NCBI GenBank assembly: GCA_050613775.1
Contig: JBODTK010000001.1
Coordinates: forward strand, 124,001 to 188,000
DNA: 64,000 nucleotides
Source of the DNA: Neocallimastix sp. 'constans'
Lineage: Eukaryota
Direction: 5' to 3'
The notes beneath the pieces are model-generated. The model was not told where the DNA came from and searched no databases. It worked only from the letters and a program-made list of their open reading frames with translations. Below, in pieces: positions 40,975-53,473 of the stretch. Every line of letters starts with the position of its first letter. The stretch's first letter is position 1. The translations under genes and the position numbers were made by a program.

Positions 40975-41900
40975 TTTTGTTCAATTAATTCTCTTATGTG
41001 ATGGTATCTTATATCAATATGTCTTGATTTGGGGTTGATCGTTTCGTCCTCACTAATAGAGATAGCTTGCTTTATTATCTATATTTATCATAATACATTT
41101 AGAATAGAATACCAATCCGTAGAATAAATTTTTGTATCATTGATATCATCTTGAACATTCGTCGATACCATAATATTCACTCTACGCAGTAGACACGGCA
41201 ATGTAAGTTTTCCATTAACCTTTTTTTTAATTATTTGCATCTTCGAGAATCTCCATATAAACTATTTGGTACAATACAGCCTATAAGTAGGCTGTTTTCG
41301 TATCAGTTTGGTAGATTTCAAATACATATTTTTACTAATAAAATAGTAATAATTCTTAGAGATTCCTGCTTCAATGTTGGTGAATAGGTTTCATTGTAAT
41401 TCTATTCCTTATTTCAGGGTGAAACTGAGTGCAACCAATCTTGCTTATCTCATATGTATTGTCTTACCTGAATTATACTTATACCTGAATACCCATTTAG
41501 ACGTTACTATATTTACTTCTCTTGAAATATTTTTCTCTATTTTATAAACTTTCAAGTTTTTCATACAGCTAAATACATCATTTAAAGCATTAAACCATTC
41601 TTTTTTATCAATTTTGTTACATATATCTTAATAATCAAATAGCTTACGTAATTCTTTACTTAATATTGCTGAGTAGTTCTCAGCAAGTAAAGTATCAACA
41701 TTGAATGATTTGAATTTCTATGATTTCAGAGCTTTATTGTCGCCGTCGAACTTCCTTTTAACCTTTTTATTTTTTAGTTCTTCCACAATTATGTCTTATA
41801 TTTTGAATGATTCAAATTTTTTATTGATCTTTAATATATTATCTTGTTTGAGCACATATTTTCTTTTATTATTTCTTTTGGTATTTTGAATTTCTTTACT
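40975..41900 (-). mobile_element. Degenerate Ty1/Copia pol remnant (RT start joined to RNase H by a large internal deletion)
   Basis: Minus strand: NIVTSKWVFRYK (~41490), ARLVA (41444-41430), ETYSPTLKQESLR (~41392), QTDTKTAYL (~41290), then AVSTA*SEYYG (~41190) and DNKA..AISISEDETINPKSRHIDIRYHHIRELIEQK (to ~40977). Confidence 0.88.
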
Positions 41901-43376
41901 GATTTTAATATCTTTTATTAAATCCATTCCTGTTTTTTTCGTTTTTGTTTAACATTCCTATTTTTATTAACTTTACTTATATTATCAATGTCTTCACCAT
42001 TTTTTTGGTTATTTTTATCCTTTTCATTAATATTATTGTTTATATTATTATTTTCTTCCAAGTTTAAATTTAATTAATAATTATTATTGTTATTTATAAT
42101 ATTATTTTCTTCTGAATTTGAATGTAATTGATAATTATTAATGTCATTTACATAATTTTTTAAAATGAATATTATTATTTAAATACATATTTAAAAATAA
42201 ATAAAAATTTAGTGATGTATAATATTGTTAAATAATAAAATGTTTTATAGAATATATATAATATAAGTAATGACTAAAAAAAATAATGTAAATCATTATT
42301 GTATTAATAAATATTTAAAAATATAACAAAAAAAAAATCTTTTTTATACTATTTAATGAAATTGCTTATTTTGTATTTTTAATAATTTTTTAATATATTT
42401 TTTATTTTACAATATATATTAAATGTTAAATATTATTTTTTTTTTTTTTAAAAAAAAAAGAAAAATCAATAAAATATGTTATATTTTTCATTTTAATAAT
42501 ACTAAATAGAACATTTATATACTTAATATATATATATATATATATATTTATTTTTAATTATTATAATATATCTTTATTATTCTTATCCTTTTTAATTTTT
42601 TAATTAATATATTTTATAATAATGTAAATTTCAAAAAAAAAATTGTTTACAAAAAAATTTATAGAGAGAGCTATATATGAATTAATATTGTAAAGAAGAA
42701 AAATTATCTAATATATAAAAATTTCTAAACAAAAAGTAATACCATATATATATCTTTTAAATGTCAAAAGATTTTACTAAAATTTTTTTCAAAAAAACAC
42801 TTCAATAATAAAATTTAAAATATTGTAATAAATATTGATATTTATTTTTTAAGTACTTCAAATAACTATAAATTTTATTATATATAAAAATTTTTATAAA
42901 AATTATAACGATTAATTATCATTTTAATAATATTAATTATTAAAATTTTTAAAAATTATAGTTTTTTAATATATAAAGGTTCTCTATTTTTTGATATAAT
43001 TATATATATATATATTTATAAAAATTACTATTTATTATAAAATATTTTTATTACAAAAGAAGTCAAAATATTATAAACTTCAAATATATAATTTTTATTT
43101 CATTTAATACATATTTTTATTTATTAATTTTTATATATTAATAAATACAATTAATCTTTTTAATTTTTATATACTTATAAATACAATTAATCTTTTTAAT
43201 TTATATATATATATATATTACATATATTTTACAATACATTTTATTATTTAAAAAAACTATAAATTATTAAGTTTTTATTTATTTTTAAGTATTTACTAAA
43301 ATGATAATATTCATTTTAAAGAATTTAACAAATAAAGAAAAATGATTGAATTTAATTAAGAACTTTATTAATGTTC

Positions 43377-44390
43377 TTAGTACCAGTTGTGCCATCCATT
43401 GTTGTTGTTACCCCAATTATTCCAACCATTATTATTGTTATTATTCCAATTGTTCCATCCATTATTGTTGTTATTATTCCAACCATTGTTATTATTATTA
43501 TTCCAACCATTGTTATTATTATTATTCCAACCATTGTTGTTATTGTTGTTCCAATTATTCCAATCTCCTCCATTATTACCTCCATTATTACCTCCATTAT
43601 TATTAGCAGCTGGAGCAGGGGCTGGTGCAGCAGCATTACCAGCTCCTCCATTTCCTTGTCCAATATAAACTTTAGCATATGGGAAATCGGCTGTACCACT
43701 AGTACCAGCTCCATTACTACCTGCTTCTCCTAATACTTTGGCTTCATGTAAATTACCCATTCTCATTCCAAGTTTTTCCCATTGTTCAAAGTGTGCTGTA
43801 ATATCAATAGTACCACAATCACGAGCTTGTTGACGAATACTGAAATATTGTTTGAAATTAGTATCTCCATCAATAGATGGTCCAAAACGATCATTTTCAA
43901 ACACAGTGTAAGTAGCACCATCAATCATATAATCTCCATGCTTCTTATTACCAACCCAATCACCTGGACGATGTTGACTAAGCCAATTATCAACAATGTA
44001 AAATTCAACAAGAGGATTTCTAGTCCAACCATAAATACCTACATAAGAATAATCAACATTGGAAATGTTTTGTTTAATGAGTTTAAAATCAGCATACATA
44101 TGTCCAATTTGAGAATGTGGTTTAGTACTATCGAATGAGAGACCAGTACGACATAAATAATCCTTTGAACCTTGGAAAGAACAAGTGAAAGAACCATCAG
44201 AATAGAAAGTAGCACTGTTATTACCACCATCAGCCCATAATTCATAACCAATACCTCCAATGTTACCAACCTTATTACTAGTTTCTTTAACACTCGTTCC
44301 TGAATGTTGAGCACTTGAACAGAAACTTTGAGCAGAAACTAAAGAAGCAGCTAAAGAAAAAGCGAATGGAATAATTTGTTGTAATTTCAT
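43377..44390 (-). CDS. Secreted GH11 endo-1,4-beta-xylanase, copy A (337 aa)
   Basis: Signal peptide MKLQQIIPFAFSLAASLVSA; GH11 motifs GIYGWTRNPLVEFYIVDNW, PSIDGDTNFKQYFSIRQ, GTIDITAHFEQW and LGEAG; G/A/P linker and (GWNNNNNN)n tail; intronless. Confidence 0.96.
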   Translation of the reverse strand: MKLQQIIPFAFSLAASLVSAQSFCSSAQHSGTSVKETSNKVGNIGGIGYELWADGGNNSATFYSDGSFTCSFQGSKDYLCRTGLSFDSTKPHSQIGHMYADFKLIKQNISNVDYSYVGIYGWTRNPLVEFYIVDNWLSQHRPGDWVGNKKHGDYMIDGATYTVFENDRFGPSIDGDTNFKQYFSIRQQARDCGTIDITAHFEQWEKLGMRMGNLHEAKVLGEAGSNGAGTSGTADFPYAKVYIGQGNGGAGNAAAPAPAPAANNNGGNNGGNNGGDWNNWNNNNNNGWNNNNNNGWNNNNNNGWNNNNNNGWNNWNNNNNNGWNNWGNNNNGWHNWY

Positions 44391-46675
44391 TTTAAAAAAT
44401 ATTTTTTTTTTTTTTCTTTACAAAAAGATATTTAATTAATCAATAATTAATAAATTCAATATATATTCAACCAGTGAATATTAAATATAAAATTTTTAAT
44501 AATTTTAATAATACAGTAAATATAATAATATATTATATTATTGAATTAAAAAAAAATTAAGAAAATTTCTAATCTTTATATACTTTTTTTTTTTTTTTAA
44601 TATAAACATGGTATTGATTTATGGATTATTAAATATATTTTTAAAATTATTATATTTTAGTAATAATAGACTTAAAAATTTTAATTTATTACTTATGATT
44701 ATAATTTTGTTTCATTTTTTTATATATATAATTTTTTTTTTTTCTAGCTGTATGGTGTGGTCTATATATTAAAATATTAATACTATAGTATTAATATTTA
44801 TATTAATATTTATTATATTAAAATGAAAACTAAAATATATAAAACTAAATTAATTTGGGAAACTCAAATTGTTGAATATAAAATTAAATTATTGGTTATT
44901 AAATTAAATTAAATTAAATTAAATTCTTTATAAAAAAAAAAAAAAAACATTTTTTTTAATTTATTTTGTTTTATTATTATTATTTTTTTATATTATTTTT
45001 TTTGTTATATTATATAATTAGTAAATTACATACTTTTTAAAATTTTTGTAATTAAACTTTTAAAAATTATTAATTTTTTTTTTTTTGATTGTTTATTAAA
45101 GAAAAAAATTATTATAAATTATATATTATGAAATTATTTTTTTTTTAATAAAAAACGTGAAAGTAAAAAATTAAAATTAAATAATATTAAATAATATTTA
45201 CAAAATAGTTAAAAAAAATAATTAAATAAATAAATATATTTTGATATGTTGATGATCAAGAGATGAATATCATTTTTATATATATATGATATTAAAACAA
45301 ATTGAAAAAAAATATGGTTATTATCACATAGAAAAATATATAAAAGTATTGAATGCAAATCCCTTTAAAAAGTATGTAACATACTAAAGAAATTTTTTAA
45401 ATATTAATATTTTATTATATAATAATTTTTAAAAATTTATCTTATTATTTAATATAAATAAATAAATTGATAAATATTTACAAAAGTACTTTATCATTTT
45501 ATCATAATAAAATCAAAAAGAAATTATTGAAAAAAATATTTTAATTATCTACATAAAAATATTTTTATAATAATTAATAATATAATTTTAATTTTTATAC
45601 CTTTAATTAAAAAATATTTTTTTTTTATTATTAAATAAGCAAAAAATAATTATTTATTATTTTATATAATTAAATATTATAAATATGAAAAAGAAAATGA
45701 ATTATACAAAATATATATATAAAAACAATTTAATTTAAATATATTATCAGTAATTAAAATATAAATAAAAAAATTAATAAAGAATTATAAAATTAAAACT
45801 TTAAAGAATTGTTTCCTTTTTAAATATTAATTTATCTATTAATTTGTATTTTAAATCAATTTATGTTGACTTTAATTATCATATAAATTGAGACTTTGAA
45901 TTTATGATATTAATGAAAAAATAGCATCATTTTTTATACATATTTCAAGGACCAATGAAATAATTTGTTTTTTAATGTTTTGCCGAGATATATTTGACAC
46001 TCAATAACCATGTACATAAATAAATTTATCTTGTTTCCTTCTTTCATTTATTTATTTTAAATATTAAATATAAATAATAATAATAATTTATTAATCATTA
46101 TCATTATATATATTAAAATCTTATATAAAATTAAAACTACATTATAAACGGCAAAATATTTTAATATAAAATTTTATAAAAATAAGGTTAGTTTTTATCC
46201 AAAAATTATATTAAATTGACCAAATTTATTTAAAAAAAAAAAAATTAAAAATTCTTGAATTTATTCGTTATATTTATATTAATCATAATTCATATTAAAG
46301 TCTATAATTACTATATATACATTAAAATGTAGTACAATTTAAATATAAAATAGAAACAAATAAAAAAATGATTAAATTTGCAAAAATTAATTATAAATTT
46401 AAATTTTTGAATTTAATTATTTTAATATATTCATAAAATAATTAAAAATAAAATTATAGAGTAAAAAATAAAATTATATAGTAAAAAATAAAATTATAGA
46501 GTAATTAATATTTAATAATAAAAAGTAATGTATAATCTTAATATCTTAATATTTATTATGATTAATGAGAAAAGTATTTAAAGATTAGAAATTCTCTTTA
46601 TTTTTTTTTAAATCAATAATATAATTATTATATTAAATTTACTGTAATATTAAAATATTAAAAATTTTATATTTA

Positions 46676-46694
46676 ATATTCACTGGTTGAATAT
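46676..46694. promoter_or_regulatory. Dyad ATATTCA-N5-TGAATAT ~70-100 bp upstream of each xylanase start
   Basis: Also at 44463-44481, 51935-51953, 54011-54029, 58628-58646 and 61353-61371. Function is inferred only. Confidence 0.35.
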
Positions 46695-46764
46695 ATATTG
46701 AATTTATTAATTATTGATTAATTAAATATTTTTTTGTAAAAAAAAAAAAAAAATATTTTTTAAA

Positions 46765-47784
46765 ATGAAATTACAACAAATTATTCCATTCGCTTTTTCT
46801 TTAGCTGCTTCTTTAGTTTCTGCTCAAAGTTTCTGTTCAAGTGCTCAACATTCAGGAACAAGTGTTAAAGAAACTAGTAATAAGGTTGGTAACATTGGAG
46901 GTATTGGTTATGAATTATGGGCTGATGGTGGTAATAACAGTGCTACTTTCTATTCTGATGGTTCTTTCACTTGTTCTTTCCAAGGTTCAAAGGATTATTT
47001 ATGTCGTACTGGTCTCTCATTCGATAGTACTAAACCACATTCTCAAATTGGACATATGTATGCTGATTTTAAACTCATTAAGCAAAATATTTCCAATGTT
47101 GATTATTCTTATGTAGGTATTTATGGTTGGACTAGAAATCCTCTTGTTGAATTTTACATTGTTGATAATTGGCTTAGTCAATATCGTCCAGGTGATTGGG
47201 TTGGTAATAAGAAGCATGGAGATTATATGATTGATGGTGCTACTTACACTGTGTTTGAAAATGATCGTTTTGGACCATCTATTGATGGAGATACTAATTT
47301 CAAACAATATTTCAGTATTCGTCAACAAGCTCGTGATTGTGGTACTATTGATATTACAGCACACTTTGAACAATGGGAAAAACTTGGAATGAGAATGGGT
47401 AATTTACATGAAGCCAAAGTATTAGGAGAAGCAGGTAGTAATGGAGCTGGTACTAGTGGTACAGCCGATTTCCCATATGCTAAAGTTTATATTGGACAAG
47501 GAAATGGAGGAGCTGGTAATGCTGCTGCACCAGCACCAGCCCCAGCTGCTAATAATAATGGAGGTAATAACGGAGGTAATAATGGAGGAGATTGGAATAA
47601 TTGGAACAACAATAACAACAACAATGGTTGGAATAATAACAACAACAATGGTTGGAATAATAATAATAATAACAATGGTTGGAATAATAACAACAATAAT
47701 GGATGGAACAATTGGAATAATAACAATAATAATGGTTGGAATAATTGGGGTAACAACAACAATGGATGGCACAACTGGTACTAA
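46765..47784 (+). CDS. Secreted GH11 xylanase, copy B (339 aa)
   Basis: Near-identical to copy A. Confidence 0.96.
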   Translation: MKLQQIIPFAFSLAASLVSAQSFCSSAQHSGTSVKETSNKVGNIGGIGYELWADGGNNSATFYSDGSFTCSFQGSKDYLCRTGLSFDSTKPHSQIGHMYADFKLIKQNISNVDYSYVGIYGWTRNPLVEFYIVDNWLSQYRPGDWVGNKKHGDYMIDGATYTVFENDRFGPSIDGDTNFKQYFSIRQQARDCGTIDITAHFEQWEKLGMRMGNLHEAKVLGEAGSNGAGTSGTADFPYAKVYIGQGNGGAGNAAAPAPAPAANNNGGNNGGNNGGDWNNWNNNNNNNGWNNNNNNGWNNNNNNNGWNNNNNNGWNNWNNNNNNGWNNWGNNNNGWHNWY

Positions 47785-48374
47785 GAACATTAATAAAGTT
47801 CTTAATTAAATTCAATCATTTTTCTTTATTTGTTAAATTCTTTAAAAAGAATATTATCATTTTAGTAAATACTTTATTATAAATATAAACTTAATAATTT
47901 ATAATTTGTTTAAATAATAAAATGTATTGTAAAATATATGTAATATATATATATAAATTATAAAGATTAATTGTATTTATAAATATATAAAAATAATAAA
48001 TAAAAATATGTTTTATTTGAAATAAAAAACACATAATTGAAGTTTATAAAATTTTGATTTTGTTATCATATTTAATATATAAATTATTCATAATAATTTA
48101 TATAATAATTTTATATTTAATAAAATTTATAGTTATTTTAAGTACATAATAAAAACATTAAGTATATATTTTTTTATAACAGAATTTTAAATAAAAACAT
48201 TAAAAGAAAAATTTATATCATAAATGTAAATATTTATTAAAATATTATAAATTTTATTATTAAAGTTCTTTTTTTTTAAAAAAAAAAAATTATGTAAAAA
48301 CTTTAAACATTTAAAAGATATAGATATAGTTATAATTTAATATTATTAATATTATTTTAAAATATATAATAATA

Positions 48375-49330
48375 AAAGTGGAGGAATACCATGAAGATAT
48401 TCGTTGCTTTAATTCCAAAATAGATTCTTGACTTTTAACCAGAATAAGAGTTTTTTTTTTAAAAATCTTAATGAAAATTAAAAAAATCCATAAAGAAATA
48501 AACGATTTCCAGTACCTGGAGAATGATATATTAAAGAATATTTAATACCTCTGTAAATTCTCTTATTAAGTTTATCAATATCAGTTTATATAATTTATTC
48601 ATTATTTTAATGAATATATTATCTTGTCTATTTATTTAATATTTTGTATTCTTTTTATTTTTCTTATTTTGATATAATAAATTAATATATTATAATCAAT
48701 AATATAATTTCTTATTTATGATACTTTTATATATACAAAAATAAATTTAATTTGATATAAAACTTTAATTAAAATAATAAAATCCATCTACATCTTTATT
48801 AATGGTTTAAATATAATACAATAAAAACTATATTGTATTTCAAACAATGTAATTGAACCCATCTCAAAGTTTATTAAGAGAATAAGATATATAGATAATC
48901 ACATTCAAATGTTAATACATGATTATATTAAAAGAATAGATATTGGTCATCCCCAATTGCAAATTTACTATAAAAAAACAACGGTTCATATGATAAGAAC
49001 TGAACCTACGAAGTTATTATTAACAAAAATTAAGGATGATGAATATATATATTTTAGGTATTTTAAGGATTCCAATCATAAGGATTTTAAGCTTGGTACT
49101 CATATCTATAATAAAATAAAAGTTTTATTAAATTAGAAGAATTACTTTCATGAAATACTTTTTTTATGTCTATGGAGTTATTTAGATTTTTATTAAAGTA
49201 TGCTATGTCCTATTCAAAAAATGAATCGTCAATTGCTTCAATAAATATTATTTGTAGAGCTTATTTCATAGACATATTTTTTTTAAAAAAATACTATTAG
49301 ATGTTAATGCAAAAAAGCAATAAAAGCTAA
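48375..49330 (+). pseudogene. Unidentified decayed coding-like segment in the B-C spacer (inverted copy at ~56010-56965)
   Basis: Less AT-rich, protein-like stretches (EEYHEDIRCFNSKIDS; KIHKEINDFQYLENDILKNI; ORF 48909-49136). The second copy has an in-frame TGA within the equivalent ORF. Confidence 0.3.
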
Positions 49331-49562
49331 TTTTTACTTAAATTTTATTTAATTAAAAAAAATAATAATTTATATACATATATATTTTCTGTATTAATTG
49401 AATCCATTTATTTATTGAATATTTATCCTTTGATTTAATTAAAACATTTATTTTATTTAATTTATAAATTATAATAATATTTTTATTTAATTTTTTTCAT
49501 TATAATAATTTATATTTTAAAATTAAATATTTTAATTTTTTAAAAAGTATTTGTCTTAATAT

Positions 49563-50096
49563 TTTTTATTTTTTTTTTTTTCCAAAAATTTATTAATTTT
49601 ATATTAAAAAATACATGTAGGTGAAAAGTACATTTAAAATTAAAAATAAAAAATTTAAAAAATAAAAAAAAAAAGAATAAAAAAGCTCGAAAATACTATG
49701 TATTTCGGCAAGTTGTACTATTCGGGAATTTTTCCCTTCCTAACAAATAAAAAATAAATAAAACCTAGAAGTAACATCTTTAAAATAGATAGTGTGGTGT
49801 CCACTAAACTCTCCCCGGATTCAACATTTATTGAACTACTAGGGCGAGATTCATCCTTCGTAGAAATAGATGACGATCCTGTATTATCATTATGCCTTTT
49901 CAGTACGACGTCGACGCTCTTGGATTAAGTTTGGTATTTTACAATACCTATCAAATAATAGCTCAAACGAACTACTTATGATAGGTATTGCTCTTGTTAA
50001 GAATTCCGTCAAGCCCACAATTTTTGGAACATGTGAATCAGATGAACCTTTGAAAAGTAGTTCATTTAATTGTCTCTGTTCCCCACTATCGAAATG
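49563..50096 (-). mobile_element. 5'-truncated non-LTR retroposon insertion (534 bp) with 16-bp TSD and poly(A) tail
   Basis: Direct repeat gtatttgtcttaatat at 49547-49562 and 50097-50112. Poly-T immediately inside the left repeat. Minus-strand coding stretch HFDSGEQRQLNELLFKG...IVGLTEFLTRAIPIISSSFELLFDRY. Empty site in the paralogous spacer at ~55770-55790. Confidence 0.85.
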
Positions 50097-50442
50097 GTAT
50101 TTGTCTTAATATATTACAATTTTATATTTATAATAATCTAAATACACTATTTATATGATTATTACTATTATTATTTTGATTTTATTTAAGATATTATTCC
50201 AGAATTGAAAAGTATTTAATAAAATATTAATAATATAAATATATTACATAAATATTTTTTATAATTTAAAAGGAAATATAAAATTAAAATGGAAATATAA
50301 AATTAAAAAGGAAATATATTAAATAAAAAATTAAGAAATATACCAATAATAAAAATATATTAAAATAATTTAAAATAAAATATATATAAATATATTCTAT
50401 TTAGTATTATTAAATTGAATAATAATAATTTATTGATTTTTC

Positions 50443-50482
<40 letters not shown>

Positions 50483-50833
50483 ATGATATTTAACATTTGT
50501 TATATAATAAATATATTAAAATATAAAATATATTAAAAAATTATTATAACGGCAAAATAAACATTTTTATTAAATAAAATAAAAAATTTTTTATTTATAA
50601 TTTTTTTTTTAATATTTATTATTACAATAATAATTTACATTTTTTATCTAATATAATAATCGTCACATATATTACAATATTTTTTATAAAACATTTTATT
50701 ATTTAAAAAAATTATATATTACTAAATTTTTATTTATTTTTAAGTATTTACTAAAATAATAATATCCTTTTTTAAAGAATTTAACAAATAAAGAAAAAAT
50801 GATTGAATTTAATTAAGAATTTTATTAATGTTC

Positions 50834-51853
50834 TTAGTACCAGTTGTGCCATCCATTGTTGTTGTTACCCCAATTATTCCAATCATTATTATTGTTATTA
50901 TTCCAATTGTTCCATCCATTATTGTTGTTATTATTCCAACCATTGTTATTATTATTATTCCAACCATTGTTATTATTATTATTATTCCAACCATTGTTGT
51001 TGTTATTGTTGTTCCAATTATTCCAATCTCCTCCATTATTACCTCCGTTATTACCTCCATTATTATTAGCAGCTGGGGCTGGGGCTGGTGCAGCAGCATT
51101 ACCAGCTCCTCCATTTCCTTGTCCAATATAAACTTTAGCATATGGGAAATCGGCTGTGCCACTAGTACCAGCTCCATTACTACCTGCTTCTCCTAATACT
51201 TTGGCTTCATGTAAATTACCCATTCTCATTCCAAGTTTTTCCCATTGTTCAAAGTGTGCTGTAATATCAATAGTACCACAATCACGAGCTTGTTGACGAA
51301 TACTGAAATATTGTTTGAAATTAGTATCTCCATCAATAGATGGTCCAAAACGATCATTTTCAAACACAGTATAAGTAGCTCCATCAATCATATAATCTCC
51401 ATGCTTTTTATTACCAACCCAATCACCTGGACGATATTGACTAAGCCAATTATCAACAATGTAAAATTCAACAAGAGGATTTCTAGTCCAACCATAAATA
51501 CCTACATAAGAATAATCAACATTGGAAATATTTTGTTTAATGAGTTTAAAATCAGCATACATATGTCCAATTTGAGAATGTGGTTTAGTACTATCGAATG
51601 AGAGACCAGTACGACATAAATAATCCTTTGAACCTTGGAAAGAACAAGTGAAAGAACCATCAGAATAGAAAGTAGCACTGTTATTACCACCATCAGCCCA
51701 TAATTCATAACCAATACCTCCAATGTTACCAACCTTATTACTAGTTTCTTTAACACTTGTTCCTGAATGTTGAGCACTTGAACAGAAACTTTGAGCAGAA
51801 ACTAAAGAAGCAGCTAAAGAAAAAGCGAATGGAATAATTTGTTGTAATTTCAT
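50834..51853 (-). CDS. Secreted GH11 xylanase, copy C (339 aa; true start at MKLQQ, 51853)
   Basis: Near-identical to the other copies. The ORF-track extension to 51895 is a TTG start read through a poly-A tract. Confidence 0.96.
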   Translation of the reverse strand: MKLQQIIPFAFSLAASLVSAQSFCSSAQHSGTSVKETSNKVGNIGGIGYELWADGGNNSATFYSDGSFTCSFQGSKDYLCRTGLSFDSTKPHSQIGHMYADFKLIKQNISNVDYSYVGIYGWTRNPLVEFYIVDNWLSQYRPGDWVGNKKHGDYMIDGATYTVFENDRFGPSIDGDTNFKQYFSIRQQARDCGTIDITAHFEQWEKLGMRMGNLHEAKVLGEAGSNGAGTSGTADFPYAKVYIGQGNGGAGNAAAPAPAPAANNNGGNNGGNNGGDWNNWNNNNNNNGWNNNNNNNGWNNNNNNGWNNNNNNGWNNWNNNNNNDWNNWGNNNNGWHNWY

Positions 51854-53411
51854 TTTAAAAAATATTTTTTTTTTTTTTTTTTTTTCTTTTTTCAAAAAAA
51901 TATATAATTAATCAATAATTAATAAATTCAATATATATTCATCCAGTGAATATTAAATATAAAATTTTTTATATTTTAATATTACAGTAAATTTAATATA
52001 ATAATTAAATTATTGAATTAAAAAAAAAAAAAAGAGAATTTCTAATCTTTAAATACTTTTCTCATTAATCATAATAAATATTAAGATATTAAGATTATAC
52101 ATTACTTTTTATTATTAAATATTAATTACTCTATAATTTTATTTTTTACTCTATAATTTTATTTTTTACTCTATAATTTTATTTTTTACTCTATAATTTT
52201 ATTTTTTACTCTATAATTTTATTTTTAATTATTTTATGAATATATTAAAATAATTAAATTCAAAAATTTAAATTTATAATTAATTTTTGCAAGTTTAATC
52301 ATTTTTTTATTTGTTTCTATATTATATTTAAATTGTACTACATTTTAATGTATATATAGTAATTATGACTTTAATATGAATTATGATTAATATAAATATA
52401 ACGAATAAATTCAAGAATTTTTAATTTTTTTTTTTTTAAATAAATTTGGTCAATTTAATATAATTTTTGGATAAAAACTAACCTTATTTTTATAAAATTT
52501 TATATTAAAATATTTTGCCGTTTATAATGTAGTTTTCATAATCAATACTTTATTATATATTAATTTATAATTTAATTAATAATCAAATTTTATTTTATAA
52601 TGGAAAAGAAATGAGACAAATTTATTTATATACAATCAAACAAATTAGATTATTGAATATTAAAGCATCTATATCTCGTCGAACTATTAAAAAATAATTT
52701 TATTGGTATAATTATTATAAAGAAACACATAAAATAAATGTTTCTTGTTTTTCTTAATATTATATACTCTAAATCTTAATATAAATGATTATTAAGAACA
52801 ATATAAATATTTTCTTTTAATTGACTAAAGATACACCATAAATATATTAATTTATATATAAAAAAGAAATAATTTTTTTTAAATTTTAATAATAATTTTT
52901 TACTAATTATTTTATTTATATTTAAATTAATAATAATTTATTTAATTTGAAATTTTTTTTACACGTTTTGTATAAATCTTTTTCTTATTTTTATTATAAT
53001 TCTTTTTTTATATAAAAAATTGCACATTATTAATTATTACACTCTTAAAGAAAATTCAAATTAATTTCTTATCTAATAAAAAAAGATCAATATAAAAAAA
53101 ATTAAAAAATTATTTTAAAAAACCAAAATATTTCAATATATATCTATTAATACATTTAGTTATTTTAGTAAAAACATTTAAATAACAAAATCTTGAGATT
53201 TTAAAATTTTCTTGGTTAAAATTATATTTTTTTTTACAAGAATTTTATATTTAATACTTAGAGATATTTTTCTATATTATGAATTTATAATATTATTTTT
53301 ATATTTTTATTAATTTAAATATTTAATGTACACTTTATACATATAACGATGATTTTCATTTAATTTATTATTAAAACGTGTATATTTATTTATATATTTT
53401 TTTTCTTGACC

Positions 53412-53473
<62 letters not shown>

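Noticed and set aside
45355..45370. CCCCT as an Nrg1-type site linking the zinc-finger gene to the xylanases
   Set aside because: Single short motif, not identical in the paralogous spacer; no evidence beyond proximity.
51854..51895. N-terminal extension MKKEKKKKKKIFFK on copy C
   Set aside because: TTG start plus poly-A tract; the other five copies start at MKLQQ.
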